Of a stretch of 64,000 bases of DNA, positions 11,735 to 23,367 are shown piece after piece (position 1 is the stretch's first letter; the number at the start of each line of letters is the position of its first letter). The notes below the pieces were generated by a model. The model was not told the DNA's origin and did not search any database. It worked only from the letters and a program-made list of their open reading frames with translations. The DNA lies in assembly GCA_964016885.1 (NCBI GenBank), contig OZ024759.1:14260001-14324000 (forward strand). Reading direction: 5' to 3'. The translations under genes and the position numbers were made by a program. This DNA comes from Eledone cirrhosa (lineage: Eukaryota).

Positions 11735-13800
11735 TGACATACAGGAAAACCTGCAGCACCCTACAGAGGAAGCTCAGGGAGATTCAGAATAACTGGTGCA
11801 CAGAACAGGCTGAGAGAATGCAGCACTATGTGGATACTGGCAAAGCCAGAGCCTTCTATGAGGCACTCAGCAAAGTTTATGGTACCATTCACTAAACACA
11901 AGCCCCTCTCCATTCAGCAGATGGGTCAGTACTGCTCACAGACAAAAAGGCCATCTTGAACCGCTGGACTGGACACTATGATAACCTCAGTAGCAGACAC
12001 TTGGATCAACAACATCTCACAGCAGTAAGTCAAAAGTGAGTTTGATGCACCACCCTCCCTAGAGGAGGTAAAGACTGCAGTCACCCACCTGAAAACATAC
12101 AGGGCTTCTTGGGTTGACAGAATTCCTGCAGAGGTGTACAAGTATGGCAGTGACTCACTCCTTGAGAAGCTCATGGACCTATTTGTACAGCTCTGGTCGA
12201 AGGGAGAGATACCAAGAGACCTCTAAAATGCCACGATAGTGTCCCTGTACAAGAACAAAGGTAAAAAATCAGACTGCTCAAAGTACCGTAGCATCACACT
12301 ACTCTCAACCACAGGCAACATTCTAGCTCATGTCCTGCTCAATAGACTCATTCCAGCCATTGCAGAGGATGTCCTCCAAGAAAACCAATGTGGATTTCAT
12401 GCTATTCGCAACAGCAGAGACATGATTTTTGTCCTCCACCAGATCGAAGAAAAATGTAGGCGAAGGCATTTGATACAGTCAGTAGGGATGGACTGTGGAA
12501 GATCCTCAGCAGGCTTGGATGTCCGACAAAATTTCTGATCATGCTCCAGTAACTCCACACTGGTCAGCAGGGACAAGTGAAGTACAATGGTGGTCTCTCC
12601 GATCAATTCTCCATCTAGAATGGTGTGAAACAAGGCTGTGTCCTTGATCCAACCCTATTTGCAATCTTCTTCAGTATGATACTCCATGAAGCAAAGAAAG
12701 ATCTGTGGGAGGGCATTTACATTCGGTTCTGTACTGATGGGAGTGTGTTCAATTTGCGATGACTGCTCACCCACACCAAAACGCTGGAGGAATTGATCCT
12801 GGACCTGCTGTTTGCAGATGACTGTGCCTTTCTGGCGCACACAGAAGATCTCCAGATAGCTGTCAGCATCTTTGCTTGGGTAACCAAGGCCTTTGGCCTG
12901 ACCATCAGCCTCAAGAAATCTAAAGTCATGTCCCAGAAGCCAGTAAAAGAGTAACACCCTCCGTATATTAACATCAATGGGCACCCTCTCAGAGCAGTGG
13001 AACACTTCCCATACTTGGGAAGCGCCATTACCAATGAGGCTACTTCAGCAAAGGACATAGACAAATGCATTGCTAAGGCCAGCAGCTCATTTGGACACTT
13101 GCAGTAATGCATGTGGAAGAACCACTTTCTATGCCTAACCATAAAGACCAGAGTCTACAGAGTTGTCGTAATCACTGCCCTCCTCTACAGAGCTGAAAGA
13201 TGGGTCCTGTAGCAGAAGCAGATCAAGCTACTGAAAAGATTCAATCAGCGATACCTTCATTCCATCATAGGTATCTATTGGCAGGACTATGTAACAAACA
13301 AGGAAGTCCTCAAGAGAGCCGCTATCACAAGCATTGAGATCATGCTGAGACAATTCCAGTGGGCAGGCCTTGTAATATGCATGAACAACTCTAGGATGCC
13401 TAAGGCAGTTTTCTACAGCAAACTACACCAGGGCAAGTGAAAACAAGCCCCCTTCCCCCTGGAAAACACTTCATGGACTAACTCAAGCACCAGCTAGTCC
13501 AAGGCAATATTGATCTTGGGGAATGGAAACACCTGGCAGAAGACAAAGAGAAAAGGAGAGCTACCATCAAAACAACTGCAGCGAGCTTTGAGGAGGGCAG
13601 GAAGGTGGCAGCTGAAGACAAACTTCAATGTAGAAAGCTGTCCACCACCCAACAACCAACTGACCCAGTACATACTTGCCCCAACTGTACCAGGATCTGC
13701 AGGTCCAGGATTGGCCTCTACAGCCACCTCTAGATGTGTCACCACACAAAACAGGACAACAATTCTTCCCACTGATTTTCGGAAGCGAACAATTCACCAT
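11735..13800 (+). mobile_element. Degenerate RTE-clade LINE, second family (RT plus C-terminal CCHH finger)
   Basis: Frameshifted remnants: LYKNKGKKSDCSKYRSITLLS, ENQCGF, GVKQGCVL, LLFADDCA, FPYLGS, TCPNCTRICRSRIGLYSH; followed by an ATT-rich tail. Confidence 0.88.
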
Positions 13801-13827
13801 TTTATTATTCACCATTATTATTATTAG

Positions 13828-14025
13828 GGCGGTGGATTGGCAGTATCGGTAGAGGGTCGGACGCCATGCTTTCGAGCATAGTTACGTCCCTTTACGATCT
13901 GAGTTCAAATCCCACCGAGGTTGACTTTGCCTTTCATCCTTACGGGGTCGATAAAATAAAGTACCAGTAATGCACTGAGATAATTGCTGGCCTTGTGCCA
14001 AAAGTAGAAACAATTATTATTATTA
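13828..14025 (+). mobile_element. tRNA-derived SINE family 1 (Meta-domain-like body, (ATT)n tail); representative copy
   Basis: ggcggtggattggcag head, gagttcaaatccc B box, gactttgcctttcatccttacggggtcgataaaataaagtaccag body. About 20 copies or fragments in the window (e.g. 7088, 22955, 25940, 26846, 26987, 27760, 39470, 40575, 44050, 49720, 56295, 56460). Confidence 0.85.
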
Positions 14026-14724
14026 TTTATATATATATATCATAAATGTATCAGTGTGTGTACATGTATATATATATATATCAGTGTGTGTATATGTATG
14101 TATAGAGTGTGTGTATGTGCACATGTATGAATATGTGTGAGTGTGTATATGTATGTGTATGTATGAGTGTGAATGTATAGGTATGAGTGTGTGAATGTAT
14201 AGGTATCAGTGAGGTGGATTGGCTGATGTAACGGGTGCTGCTGGCTGTTCTCTGTAGCCTTTGTCATTTTGTCTGTGTGGGGTGGGTGGTGGTGGTGTGG
14301 GTGCAGCTGAAAATATACCACCTAAATCAGTGTTTATCAGTTATGCCAGTTAGAATAACATTTTTTTAAAAATATCAAGAAAGCCAAAGAATGATTTACA
14401 AAAACAAATTAGGTATAGTTCGCTTTTGGTATATAAAATGGTAACCAATAAAATGAAAAGTGAAGAAAAATGAAAGGTTCCAGCCCTTTCTTGTTGTAAA
14501 TCTTAGCCTAAGATAGGAATATATAAAGAAAAAGAGAAAACGTTTCTCTCAAAATTTCATTTAAAAATATCCATTGTTATTATGAGGAAACGAATTCGTC
14601 AGACCAGATGAAGGATTAACTGTAATTATGCCAATACACTAATTCTGAAAATCAGACGTGATAGCCATAAGTGGAACGTCTTGGATCATAAGTATGAACG
14701 ATTAAGGCTAAACAATGACAACTC

Positions 14725-14845
14725 ATGATGACAGAACAAACAAAACCAGAACAGAGCAGGCTGCGTATGGCAGACTATTTTGACGTTACACCGTCGTTAA
14801 TTGCAGCGGTGTTGACTGTCGTTGGCGTAATTAAGCATGAAAGAG
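14725..14845 (+). other. Candidate upstream (5'UTR) exon of PRDM4
   Basis: Non-repetitive, relatively CpG-rich patch ending in a strong donor gag|gtaagc at 14845/6. It is the nearest convincing donor I found upstream of the 17494 acceptor. The 5' boundary is unknown. Confidence 0.4.
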
Positions 14846-14999
14846 GTAAGCAATGAAAACAAAGAATGCTGTTTCAATTCTAGGCCACAGTACACCACCA
14901 CTAGTCCCCCCATACCACCCTCTATATCATTGTTTACTCCATATATCATTCTGACTGTATTTATTTCAAGTTTACTCCTTCTTCATATATATATATCTG

Positions 15000-15048
<49 letters not shown>

Positions 15049-15341
15049 GTACATATGTTATTGCCAATATATAATATATATGCATATACATTCCGCGGAG
15101 GCGTGTGCCTTCGTAGTTATGTTGTTCGTAAGGTTGTGAGTTCGATTCCTGCCTGCAAGACGCTTCATTTCACGTTGCTCCTGTCATCTGACGACTTATA
15201 ATCCCTTTCTACACTATTTAACGATATCGAAAGCTCTGGTAACAGAACAAGGATCCCCCCCCCCCCCCGCCGCTCTCTCTCTCTCCCCCTCTCTCTCTCC
15301 CTCTCGTTATATATATACATACATATACATGTACATAGATA

Positions 15342-15684
15342 CAATACAAATCTTGAGAAGCTGGGCTTCACAGGAACAGAAAGAACACAACTAGTTAGGA
15401 AATTACAAGTACAATCCATTAATGGAACAGTAAAAATATGTAAAACATTCCAAAAATGTTGCATCTAATAACCGCATATACACATGTACAGATACTAAGC
15501 ATATACACATGCACACATACAACTCAAAACATCCACATCCACACATATAATAACATCCATATCTATACATGCATACATATCTACCTAGTTGATGTGTAAA
15601 TTCCTATGAGAGAGTCTTGTGTCTATGTTAGAAACCGACTCTCTCTATTGGCAAAAATTTGTGAAATTATAAAACCAAAAGAAC
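15342..15684 (+). mobile_element. R4/Dong-like retrotransposon 3' end (family A)
   Basis: NLEKLGFTGTERTQLVRKLQVQSINGTVKICKTF plus 3'UTR, near-identical to the reverse complement of 44900-45255; ends in CATA repeats. Confidence 0.8.
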
Positions 15685-15741
15685 ATACATATATATATGT
15701 ATGTACATCTATCTATCTATCTATCAATCTATCTATATCTA

Positions 15742-15772
<31 letters not shown>

Positions 15773-15850
15773 ATCTATCTATCTATCTATATATATATAT
15801 ATATATATATAAGCAGCGATTTCTTTGCTTAAACTTTAATCTGTATTTTA

Positions 15851-15881
<31 letters not shown>

Positions 15882-15910
15882 ATGATGATGATGATATATA
15901 TATATATAAG

Positions 15911-15945
<35 letters not shown>

Positions 15946-16560
15946 TCATCATCATACGTCCGCTTTTCCCTGCTTGCAAGGGTGGGACGGGAACTGATTC
16001 TGGCTTGATTTCTACAGCTGGATGCCCTTCCTAACACCAACCTCATTTACAGTGAGTGCTGGGTGCTTTTTTTGCCGTGGCACCTCCACGACCACTCTGC
16101 AGTGGAATTATAGGGACCCCAGTCCCTATCATCTCATTTCTACAGCTGAGTAAACTGGAGCAATGTGAAATAAAGTGTCTTGCTCAAGGAAACAACACAT
16201 CACCTGATCTGAGAATTGAACTCACAACCTTTCGATTACAAGGCCAATGCTCTAACCACTAAGCCAAGTGCCTCCATGTATATATATATATATATACATA
16301 TACACATGTGTAAATGTATATGTATATATATATATATATAATTAAGTTAAAAATGTACATCCACATATGTATACTGAAATACTAGTATGCATATGAATAC
16401 ACACATGTATACATATGTAGATGTACCGAGTTTTTCACTGGTCACTTTACTGTGAGTGTCCAGCTATTCTGTATGTAAACACACAGACAAACCGGTTTTT
16501 AGAGTCATACTGGTTTTTGAGGAAACACCTTTCCTCTATTCTCCAGAAAGCCAGACAAGG

Positions 16561-16605
16561 AATATTGAACTAGTTTCGATGTTGTTACATCTCATCAGCA
16601 ATATT
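16561..16605 (-). ncRNA. Minimal type I hammerhead ribozyme with intact core
   Basis: Minus strand reads AATATTG-CTGATGA-GATGT(AACA)ACATC-GAAA-CTAG-TT-CAATATT: stem I 7 bp, stem II 5 bp, palindromic stem III, GUU triplet. Confidence 0.8.
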
Positions 16606-16808
16606 TACCTATCTTCCGGCCTTTCTAGAGAATCGTAAAAGCACATATCGTTATATGCTTTTTCTATGAAAATTAGTAGTGGGCAGACTAATTTGCATAG
16701 AGCGTGAGTACGTACCGGTTCAATGGAGACGATAAAAACAAATAACGAAACAAAATTAAATTTTGTTTCGTTATTTGTTTTTATATATATATATATATAT
16801 ATACATAT

Positions 16809-16840
<32 letters not shown>

Positions 16841-16908
16841 GTGATTTGGCCTTTGAAACAATTGTAAATGAATAAATATTTTTTCAAGAATTTGGTTATT
16901 TATTCTCC

Positions 16909-16956
<48 letters not shown>

Positions 16957-17509
16957 CATCATCTTACGTCCGTTTTTCCCTGCTTGCAAGGGTAGTAGAA
17001 TGAGCCCTTCATTCTTGTCTTGTGTTGGCATGTAAACGGAACTGCAGACACTAATGTTTCTGAGTATCACCCTTCATCAGTACAGCTCACTGTTCACCTG
17101 CCAACTGTCAGAGCTAGTGAAAATATATGCTATTTTCTAAAATATACAGTCACTGACCGGCCTGATTTGCATATTAGCAGACTGGCTGATCAGTCAGATC
17201 TGCATATTAGCATATCCAATGATCAGCCAGATTTGCATATCAGCAGACTGGCTAGTCAGTTTCCTGTATATGAGCGATCAATGGCTGGCTTTGCCATATT
17301 CAGATAGAAAAAAATGGGACTCATTCTACTGACATGGCTTTAAAAATGAGGCTTGTTTGCATAATTGCAAACAAATCGAATATTCTTATTAATATTCGAA
17401 AAACACAGATTACATATATATATATATGAGGTATGCCTGCACCCAATGACCTGTGACTGTTAAGCTTTATTGTTCCTTTGTTTTATTTTTCAGTGAAACA
17501 ACTGTGGCA

Positions 17510-17777
17510 ATGATGAGCTCCCCGGCCATGGCGGAAAATTTCCCACTGCCTGTCAATGTTGAACAGCTGACATGTGTAGTGAACTCAATGGTTGAGGTTT
17601 CATCTGATGGCAGTGGTGGTACAACAACACCCTTCTCAAATGTGAACCTTGCCACCAACAGCACCACTACCACCAGCCCCACAACCTCCTCCATTGACAC
17701 CTCCCCTGCCACCACTGACAACCAACCTGTCACAGATTCTTGTCTACCTCATATTCTACAGACACAGGCTTCTGGGT
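17510..17777 (+). CDS. PRDM4: PRDM4 coding exon 1 (Ser/Thr-rich N-terminus; exon acceptor at 17493/17494)
   Basis: Acceptor ttttatttttcag ends at 17493; ATGATG at 17510; MMSSPAMAENF...QTQASG; donor t|gtaagt at 17777/8 is phase 1 and matches the next exon. The start codon choice is inferred. Confidence 0.7.
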
Positions 17778-17789
17778 GTAAGTAGTTGT

Positions 17790-19032
17790 AGACACCCCAC
17801 CACTACCACCTCCACCACACATCTCCACTATGGCTACACTACATTATTAGAGGACACTACTCTGTCTAGACCACCGTCAACACGACCCCCCCCCCCCTCA
17901 CCATCACCCCATGCCCATCACTACCACCATCAGCACAACCACCACCACCACCATCACAAACCCCAGCACAACCATCACCACCACCACCATTACATATGTC
18001 ACTACTACTACCACCATCACAAACCCCAGCACAACCACCACTATCACCACCACCATCACAAACCCCAGCACAACCACCACCACCACCCACACAATCCCCA
18101 CCACTACCATAATCCCCACAACCACCAACACATATATCACTATTACTACCCACCATCACCACCACTATCACACACCCCAGCACAACCACCACCACCACCA
18201 CCACTACCACCACAATCCCCACCACTACCATAATCCCCACAACCACCAACACCATCACCAACACATATATCACTACTACTACCCACCATCACCACCACTA
18301 TCACACACCCCAGCACAACCACCACCACCACCACCACCACTACCCACACAATCCCCACAACTACCAACACCATCACCAACACATATATCACTACTACTAC
18401 CCACCATCACCACCACTATCACACACCCCAGCACAACCACCACCACCACTACCCACATAATCCCCACAACCACCAACACCATCACCAACACATATATCAC
18501 TACTACTACCCACCATCACCACCACTATCACACACCCCAGCACAACCACCACCACCACCACCACTACCACCACAATCCCCACCACTACCATAATCCCCAC
18601 AACCACCAACACCATCACCAACACATATATCACTACTACTACCCACCATCACCACCACTATCACACACCCCAGCACAACCACCACCACCACCACCACCAC
18701 TACCCACACAATCCCCACAACTACCAACACCATCACCAACACATATATCACTACTACTACCCACCATCACCACCACTATCACACACCCCAGCACAACCAC
18801 CACCACCACCACCACCACTACCCACATAATCCCCACAACCACCAACACCATCACCAACACATATATCACTACTACTACCCACCATCACCACCACTATCAC
18901 ACACCCCAGCACAACCACCACCACCACCACCACTACCACCACAATCCCCACCACTACCATAATCCCCACGACCACCAACACCATCACCATCACCAACACA
19001 TATATCACTACTACTACACACCATCACCACCA
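17790..19032. repeat. ACC/CAC-based satellite with about 120-bp subunits and a 360-bp higher-order period (PRDM4 intron 1)
   Basis: 18181-18420 is repeated exactly at 18541-18780. Confidence 0.92.
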
Positions 19033-19061
19033 ACTAGTATCTAACCATTCTCTATTTGCAG

Positions 19062-19223
19062 TGATGCCAACAACAAACAGTGTTCCATCTCTTCACATTC
19101 CTGTGTCCCTTACAGGACATTCCATCTCCATGTTACCATTGATGTACTCCCTAAATCTACCTCATCGATCCCTTATTTCTGCCATTGACAAGGCTCCAAT
19201 CAACAGGGCTTCCATCCATACAG
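19062..19223 (+). CDS. PRDM4: PRDM4 coding exon 2
   Basis: tctatttgcag acceptor; 162 nt, phase 1-1; MPTTNSVPSLHIPVSL...SIHT; donor cag|gtaagg. Confidence 0.8.
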
Positions 19224-19804
19224 GTAAGGACCCTTTCTTTGTCCTCCCTCATTACTTTAAGGTCAGATTTTGTTGATGTTATTCTTATTTTTTAAATTCT
19301 TTTTGCTGTATTTGATAGATCTCCTCTTTTATTGTCTGTTTTACCAACACACACACATATAGATAAAAGATAAAGATCCCATAACTTCTTGTGGAGTCGT
19401 AGAGGCACCGTCATATGGCGTGTCTAGGGCACATTTAAACATGGCAGAGTCTTTTGTCACACATCCTGTGACTTTCTCAGTTACTTTTCTTTCTCATCTA
19501 TGTATCCTCTTTGTTCTGCTTTTATTCTATTTATTCCATCTCGTTTTTTGATGAGGGTATTTTATATGTATATATATACAATATATTTTTGTTATTTCTG
19601 TTTACCTCTTACACACACACAAACACATACACACACACATATATATATATATATAAATAATGTTCCCGTTCCTTGTTAGCAAGGGTTGGACCTGTTACAG
19701 TCTGGTCAGTACTAAAAGAGAGCTGCTGACTTCTAGGAGGGCCAGGAACACAACATTTTATTGTGGCACCAATACTAGGGAAATTTTCATGTCTTCAGCA
19801 TATA

Positions 19805-19848
<44 letters not shown>

Positions 19849-20540
19849 TATATATACACACACACAAACACACATGTATATATATATATATATACAGTAT
19901 TTTCCGTTGTGTTGTAATATAAATATTACACACAGTAGATTGACAGCTCACGTAGAGTTTGCTCGACGGTTCCAGTTGTAGTTCCAAAAGTAATCCGGAG
20001 AAAAATAGAAAGATTTGAATGGATACAGTTTAGTTGAAAGGAATTTATTGACACGTGTTTCTATAACAGTTACATAACCTGAAAACAGCTGCTATCTACA
20101 AAGTATTAGTTATGCAGACATTCAATATATATATATATATTGTACAGCGATAAGAGATGATTTTTTAATAATCGTTTTTCACTCACTTGTTAATTTGTGT
20201 TTGAGACACATTGGCTGAGGGCTTCTGGCAGAAGCGTAACTATTTGAATTTCGTCTGCTGTCACCATGGCCAATCGGCATTGTGATGACGCGTAGGGATT
20301 TCAGTTGTTAATGTTTTACTGTGTTGGCTGTCACATTCAGTCATAGACGACATGGACTAGAATCGAATTCTGTGGCCTAAACTCAAGTTCAGGTATAGAT
20401 TGAAGGTACCCATTTATGTGTGTTGTGTTAAAGTGAATAACTGTGTGTCTACTTTGGGAATTTACTTAACATTACCTATTGAGTACGCTGAGATGCAACC
20501 GGTACTAGCAGTGAAACCCATGCTAGTCTTGCCAACTTAT

Positions 20541-20581
<41 letters not shown>

Positions 20582-20615
20582 TATAAGAATGTTTGTGTAT
20601 ATTCTGTGTTTTCAG

Positions 20616-21422
20616 CTCCAGCCCCAATCACATTTCCTTCAGTTATGGCATCAACCATTCAGAGGGAGGCCGATAGTTGTTCCACCATGCAAGACATGAA
20701 CATCCTTGAGTGTGTACAAACAGTAGAGTCCAGCGATGACCATCACCACCACCATCTCAAACAGCACCTCCAGCAGCAGCATCACAATATCGAAGGTTGC
20801 TCATCACCTGCTGCTGGTGAAGGTCAGCAGGCAATTGAGGAAACCAGTCACCACAACCCAAACCACCCCAATGCACTTATAACTACAAACATGCAAGCTA
20901 CTCTACAGAATCAAGCACTAGTCACTTCCAGTCTCTCCAATCTCTCAGATATTCAATTCGGTATGGGAATCATCCCACAGAATGATCCCTTCTCTACCTC
21001 ATCATCATCTATGCCAGACACGCAGTTATCTCCCCTATTGCAGGCTGCAAACCAGTTCAATCAAACACATGCGGAGAATAATAAATCCAGTGCTGCTGAT
21101 GCACCTGTTGTTGCTAACAATGCTGGGTGCATCATGCAACAAAATGGTGCAACACTTGAACTGACTAATGGCACTGCTGCTGCAGGAATTGCAGCTGGAT
21201 CTTTGTCCAGTAGTGCCGCCAACCTTCAGTCAATCATGAATACATCTTCTCTTCATCATCATCATCATCAATATCACCATCATCAGCAGCAGCAGCAGCA
21301 AGAAGAACATTGCAGCAATGATGCAGCCAGTTCTTTCACTTCCATTGGTATGGTAACGAACAAACTATGTGATGGAAACTCCACCGCTTCTTCGGCGCTT
21401 CTAGATGTCAACAATATGTCAG
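20616..21422 (+). CDS. PRDM4: PRDM4 coding exon 3 (poly-His/poly-Gln low-complexity region)
   Basis: gtgttttcag acceptor; 807 nt open frame, phase 1-1; donor cag|gtaatt. Confidence 0.85.
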
Positions 21423-22057
21423 GTAATTAAGATTTATACTAGAAAGATGTTTGTGTTGTTTATGTTGTATTTCGGTTGTTTCCATTCATAATGTAATTAC
21501 AAATGGAAACTTAGTAAACTAGACATGAAAAAAACTATTGAAAAACTCTTTTCAGCAAAACCGGTCAAGTATAAAAGTACAAAAACTATTCTTTTTCATG
21601 TAGAAAATATTTTTTTGCAGTGTACCTTACATGTAACATGTATATAAAATAAAAATACATTAAGTGCTTTTTTCATATCTTTATCATTTTTCCTGTTACA
21701 TTATTTATATAGAAATCCTTAATTTTCCAACATTTTGATTCTCTCTCACTCTCACTTGCCTAACTTCAAGGAATGAACTTTTTTCGCGTTGTCCACACGT
21801 TAGAAAACATGTATTATGTAATTACAAAGCTCCAGATTGACTAACATGAACAATCTATAATATTTTGGACTGAATAACATGAATAATCTATAATATTTTG
21901 GACTGAATAACATGAATAATCTATAATTATTCTGAGTATCCACAGTTGTTTCCCTAGCCCCGATCTACCATGGGTTTACCTCACCTTTGGTAAGTAACTG
22001 TTTCTGCATATGTGTATTCGTACAGTTCTTTTTCCTTTTCCGTACAACCTCATTTAA

Positions 22058-22100
22058 ACTGAGCTGATGATCCAAATAAGGTAAAACGATTGTTCTCGGT
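22058..22100 (+). ncRNA. Degenerate hammerhead motif (same family as 4696-4733)
   Basis: ACTGAG-CTGATGA-TCCAAATAAGGT-AAAAC-GATT-GTT-CTCGGT; GAAA is mutated to AAAA. Downstream flank is shared with the reverse complement of 4615-4667. Confidence 0.55.
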
Positions 22101-22389
22101 AATGGTGAACTAACTGTTGTGGATCTACTATATATATATATCATCATCATCATCATCATTTTACGTCCGCTTTTCCCTGCTTGCAAGGGTGGGACAGATA
22201 TTGAGAGAGGGAGCTGATAGATAGGACAACACACGGCTTTTTGTGGGGATAAGTTTTTACTAATTTTCGTATTCTGAAAGACCAAAATACAACAAAAATG
22301 TTTGCTCATTGGACGCCGGGAATGTTCTGACAAAAACTGTGGAAGCTACAGAAATATTCCATATATTCTTCCAGAGCAATCTCTATTTA

Positions 22390-22420
<31 letters not shown>

Positions 22421-22838
22421 CATTATTTCTGAAGACAGCATATATATGTGAAGATATGTATATTCCCTCTGATAGTTTGTATAAATATTGTACATAGATC
22501 TGTAGAATATGCATACCAATTCTAACACATATATATCCTAGAAACGATCGTAAAATAATGAACTTTTTTTGTTTAATATAAGGAACTGTTTCTTTGTTTA
22601 TTCATTATTTTTTTAATAATCTATCTTGACTCTGTTTTCCGTTTATTTTTCACCGAAAGTAGTTTTTGAATGCATCTTCTCTTTTCACGATATCCGGATT
22701 ACATTGAGTTCTTCATACGGATTGGACACTACCGTAAACTTTTGGTAGATTTATCTACATATATATATATATATATGCGAAGCAATACAGTACTCTGAAG
22801 AAATATATAAGTTAATGCTTGATATAGCATCAAATGTG

Positions 22839-22874
22839 TCTTAATGTTTCGGACACTAGTCATTCATCAGCAAA
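22839..22874 (-). ncRNA. Hammerhead motif in a Penelope-type repeat (family shared with 43545 and 43803)
   Basis: CTGATGA-ATGACTAGTGTCC-GAAAC-ATT-AAGA; stems partly decayed. Confidence 0.55.
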
Positions 22875-23152
22875 TAGAATGAGAAAGGATCAATTTAATC
22901 AACTTTGCATTTCCCAGAAATTTGGGCCTAAATTTGAAATCAATATCACATTAGGATGGTGGATTGGTAGAGCATCAGAGAAAATGCTTTGCGATTTTTA
23001 GTTATGATTTTCTATGTACTTAATTCAAATTCTACTGTGGTCAACTTTGCTGTTCATTCTTCCTCCAGAGTTTGATAAAATAAAGTACCAGTGACATACT
23101 GGGTTAATATAATCAACTTTGATTCTAAATTAGACACTCTTATTCTATACAG

Positions 23153-23350
23153 TGATTGACATGATACTGAAGGTGCATCAAAATGGTGCAGCAATTGCAG
23201 CAGCATCAACAGCAACTGATATAGATAAAGACAATGATCTCAGAAGTGCAGTAGTGGCGTCTGATACCAGTAATCACCTGGGGATTGACGAGGAGGAAGA
23301 CATGTCTACGTTTGTTATCAAACATTCCTCGCACATGTCTTTTAATAATT
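23153..23350 (+). CDS. PRDM4: PRDM4 coding exon 4
   Basis: ttctatacag acceptor; 198 nt, phase 1-1; donor t|gtaagt. Confidence 0.8.
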
Positions 23351-23367
23351 GTAAGTAGCAGACTTTC

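Noticed and set aside
13828-13915. tRNA genes at SINE heads (also 50726-50795 and 36505-36562)
   Set aside because: A/B boxes are present but I could not form a complete cloverleaf, and the SINE heads continue into SINE bodies.
14600-14690. Possible hammerhead CAGATGA-AGGATTA...TAATTCT-GAAA
   Set aside because: Core is mutated and there is no convincing stem III or cleavage triplet; too weak to count.
17649-19044. Mucin/extensin-like His/Thr/Pro ORFs (also 9875-10891, 41920-43185, 58543-59162)
   Set aside because: Translations of ACC/GGT microsatellites; 17790-19032 lies between well-defined splice sites.
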